Shown: in pieces, positions 61,366-64,000 of the stretch | Numbering within the stretch: the stretch's first letter is position 1 | How the letters are laid out: every line of letters starts with the position of its first letter | NCBI GenBank assembly: GCA_964016885.1 | Contig: OZ024741.1 | Span: 133,486,001-133,550,000 of the forward strand | Source of the DNA: Eledone cirrhosa | Lineage: Eukaryota | Direction: 5' to 3' | DNA: 64,000 nt | Translations under genes and position numbers: made by a program | Notes under the pieces: generated by a model | What the model was told of the DNA's origin: nothing | The model's input: only the letters and a program-made list of their open reading frames with translations | Database searches by the model: none

Positions 61366-62753
61366 GCGAGGAATTTAGCGTACAGGTTGGGGTCCACCAG
61401 GGCTCTGTTCTTAGCCCTCTCCTGTTCATCATAGTCCTGCAGGCAATAACGGAGGAGTTTAAGACCGGATGCCCATGGGAACTCCTGTATGCTGATGACC
61501 TCGCACTCATAGCTGAATCTATGGTAGAACTAGAGAATAAATTCCAAACCTGGAAGCAGGGACTAGAGAGAAAGGGCCTCAAAGTCAACATGACAAAGAC
61601 TAAGGTCCTTATAAGTAGACGAGAAAACAGAACCCAGATCCCCTCAGGGAAATGGCCTTGCTCAGTATGTAGGAAAGGTGTAGGTAGGAACTCCATTCTT
61701 TGCCCCAAATGCAAACAATGGGTACACAAGAGATGTAGCGGGATCTCAGGAAGCTTAATTAAGAATGTAGGATTCACATGCAGCAGCTGTGCTGAAACAG
61801 CAAGCAAACAGCCACAGGAAACAAGTACCACCAATCTCTGGGAGGGCCCTGTAGAAACAGTAGACAGCTTCTGCTACCTAGGTGACCGAATTAGCAACGG
61901 AGGTGGGTGCTCAGAAAGTACAATAACTAGGGTAAGAACGGGATGGAAGAAGTTTAGGGAACTACTACCACTGCTAGCTGCAAAAGGCTTCTCCCTCAGA
62001 ATGAAAGGCAGACTGTATGATGCGTGTATCCGAACAGCGATGTTGCATGGTAGTGAGACCTGGGCGCTGAAGGTGGAAGACTTACGTAGATTAGAGAGAA
62101 ACGAAGCCTGCATGCTCCGATGGATGTGTAACAGTAATATACGTGAACGACAAAGCATAAATGAATTGAGAGAGAGACTGAGCATAAGAGGAATCAAATG
62201 CTGCGTGCAGGAGAGGCGGTTACGCTGGTATGGACATGTGATGCGTATGAAGGATGACAGCTGCATAAAAAGGTGCAGAGCACTAGAAGTTGATGGAAAC
62301 CGCGGAGTGGGGAGACCCAAGATGACTTGGGATGAGGTGATAAAAGCCGACCTTACCCAACTACACCTCTCAAAGTCAATGACACACGACCGTGACTTCT
62401 GGCGTCACGCAGTAATACAGGGTACCCGACCTCCCATGGGTACATGCTGAAGCATATAAACAATATGCCCCCCCCCCCCACCGCAAGGTGGTCGTGGAGG
62501 TGCCACGGCAAAAAAGCACCCAGCCCACACTGTAAAGTGGACGTGTAGGCGCCACGAAAAAGCACCCAGCACTCACTGTAAATGAGGTTGGTGTTAGGAA
62601 GGGCATCCAGCTGTAGAAATCAAGCCAGATCAGTTCCTGTATGAGCAAGGCATGGTCAGCCGACCAGACACTGCCCACAACAGGACAACCCGTCTAACCC
62701 ATGCTAGCGTGGAAGAACGGACGTAAAACGGTGATGATGATGATGATGATGAT
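61366..62753 (+). mobile_element. Young 5'-truncated RTE LINE with an uninterrupted RT-PHD ORF
   Basis: ORF 61350-62450 is open for 366 aa: GVHQGSVLSP, YADD, PHD, FCYLG, RRLRWYGHV. ATATAT flanks both sides, consistent with a TSD. Confidence 0.93.
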
Positions 62754-64000
62754 ATATCAAGTATTATGCCAAAAACAAGGTAGTTAAAATTAAACCAGTA
62801 TTTGCACCTTGTTGATACTTCAAATGCCCCGGTAGAAATGAATCGAATTATGACCCTCTATATAAAGTTCGACCATTAATTAAAATGCTATCTGAAAAAT
62901 TTAAAACTGTATATATACCTGGAAAAAAATCTTAGTTTTGATGAAGCTAGGTTTGGGTATAAGGGTAGGGTACATTTCAGACAATATATGCCAGCTAAAC
63001 CCACCAAATGGGGCATCAAGGTGTGGGAACTCTGTGAATGTTGATGTTTACACAGGAAAGAAACACAACACAGAAAGAAAAAATGGATTGGGATATGATG
63101 TTGTGTGGTCTCTGACTGAACCCTTTCACTCTCAACACAGACACATATATTTTGACCGTTTTTTTGTCTTCAGCGCAGAGCATCTTGCCCACGTAAATAA
63201 GTACACCTGCAGTACAATAATGGGGAATCGCAAAGGGCTATCCCAAGAAATAAAAGTCACAAAATTTAAAAAGAGAGGGGGCATTCTCCAAGTGCAAAAA
63301 GGGAACATGTTAGCCACATTGTACAAAGACAAATGGCAAATTTTGTTACTATCTTCTAACCAACAACCAGGTGTTGGGGATGAAGGTAAACCTTTAGTCA
63401 ACCTCTCCTATAATAAATATATGGGCGGGGTTAACAAATCCGACCAATATTGTGCGTATTACCCATTTGGTCGCCCTGGAAAGAAATGGTGGAGATATCT
63501 TGTGGTTTTTATTGAATTTAACCATTGTCAATTCTTTTATTGTATTTACTAAGAACCACAAGGATCCGCCACCACCAAAGGACTACTGCCACATGAAATT
63601 TTGTGTGGACGTTGCCTCTCAGCTACGTGGAGGATATTCTTCTTGCAAACACAGAGCTGGGAGAAAGTCAAAATTATCTGAAGTGAACAAAGAAAATATT
63701 GATTTTCACAAAGTGGAGAAAATTAATGGGAGGAAGAAGGTTTGCCGAATGTGCGCTTTGCAAAAGAGAAAAACTGCTAAAGGTTATGGAACTGAAACCT
63801 CGTTTGTGTTCCTTTTGTAAAGTGCCATTATGTAAAGGCTATTTTGGCCAATTTCACGATAGAAATATTGTCTAACAATATTGAAAAATATATTTTAAAA
63901 ATATATTGACACCTGCATCACACCTGTTAATGAACTTATATATTGGGCACATTTTGTTATATAAATCTACTCAGTACATTGTGTAAGAGTATATTGCCAA

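Larger units (their letters stand above)
58477..64000 (+). mobile_element. Decayed piggyBac (PGBD4-like) DNA transposon in three pieces: 58477-58870, 60986-61364, 62753-end
   Basis: TTAA|CCCTTT terminus. MACENSDTDFEGF N-terminus. TNRYA, EMQAF, YWS, DPLYKVRP, LSFDE, FRQYMPAKPTKWGIKVW, FDRFF, YNKYMGGVNKSDQ, KKWWR motifs. C-terminal Cys-rich RKKVCRMC..CKVPLC. Many stops and frameshifts. Confidence 0.9.

Noticed and set aside
62938-63820. Domesticated PGBD gene
   Set aside because: Multiple stops, frameshifts and retroelement insertions. The third catalytic region reads GGVNKSDQ rather than GGVD. It is a decayed transposon.

Overview
Repeat-rich animal genomic DNA, not prokaryotic. The SINE/RTE repertoire suggests a mollusc, probably an octopus-like cephalopod (inference). 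Two spliced + strand host genes are largely missed by the ORF track. (1) The 3' half of a divergent BBS5-like BBSome gene: 5 exons, 1-35013. One intron holds an ~18.3-kb purine-rich satellite with higher-order structure, and the next holds a full-length CR1 LINE. (2) A SARNP/CIP29/Tho1 ortholog with a SAP domain and RxxRFG motifs: 9 coding exons, 43773-58022, last exon apparently beyond the window. The rest is layered mobile DNA: many RTE-clade LINE copies whose reverse transcriptase carries an embedded C4HC3 PHD finger, tRNA-derived SINEs sharing the RTE 3' end, a CRE-clade RT fragment, a rearranged Gypsy LTR element nested in a Helentron-like element, a decayed piggyBac split by nested insertions, several MITEs, and a 58-bp satellite apparently amplified from a SINE core. 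All protein family calls rest on recalled motifs; no searches were run.
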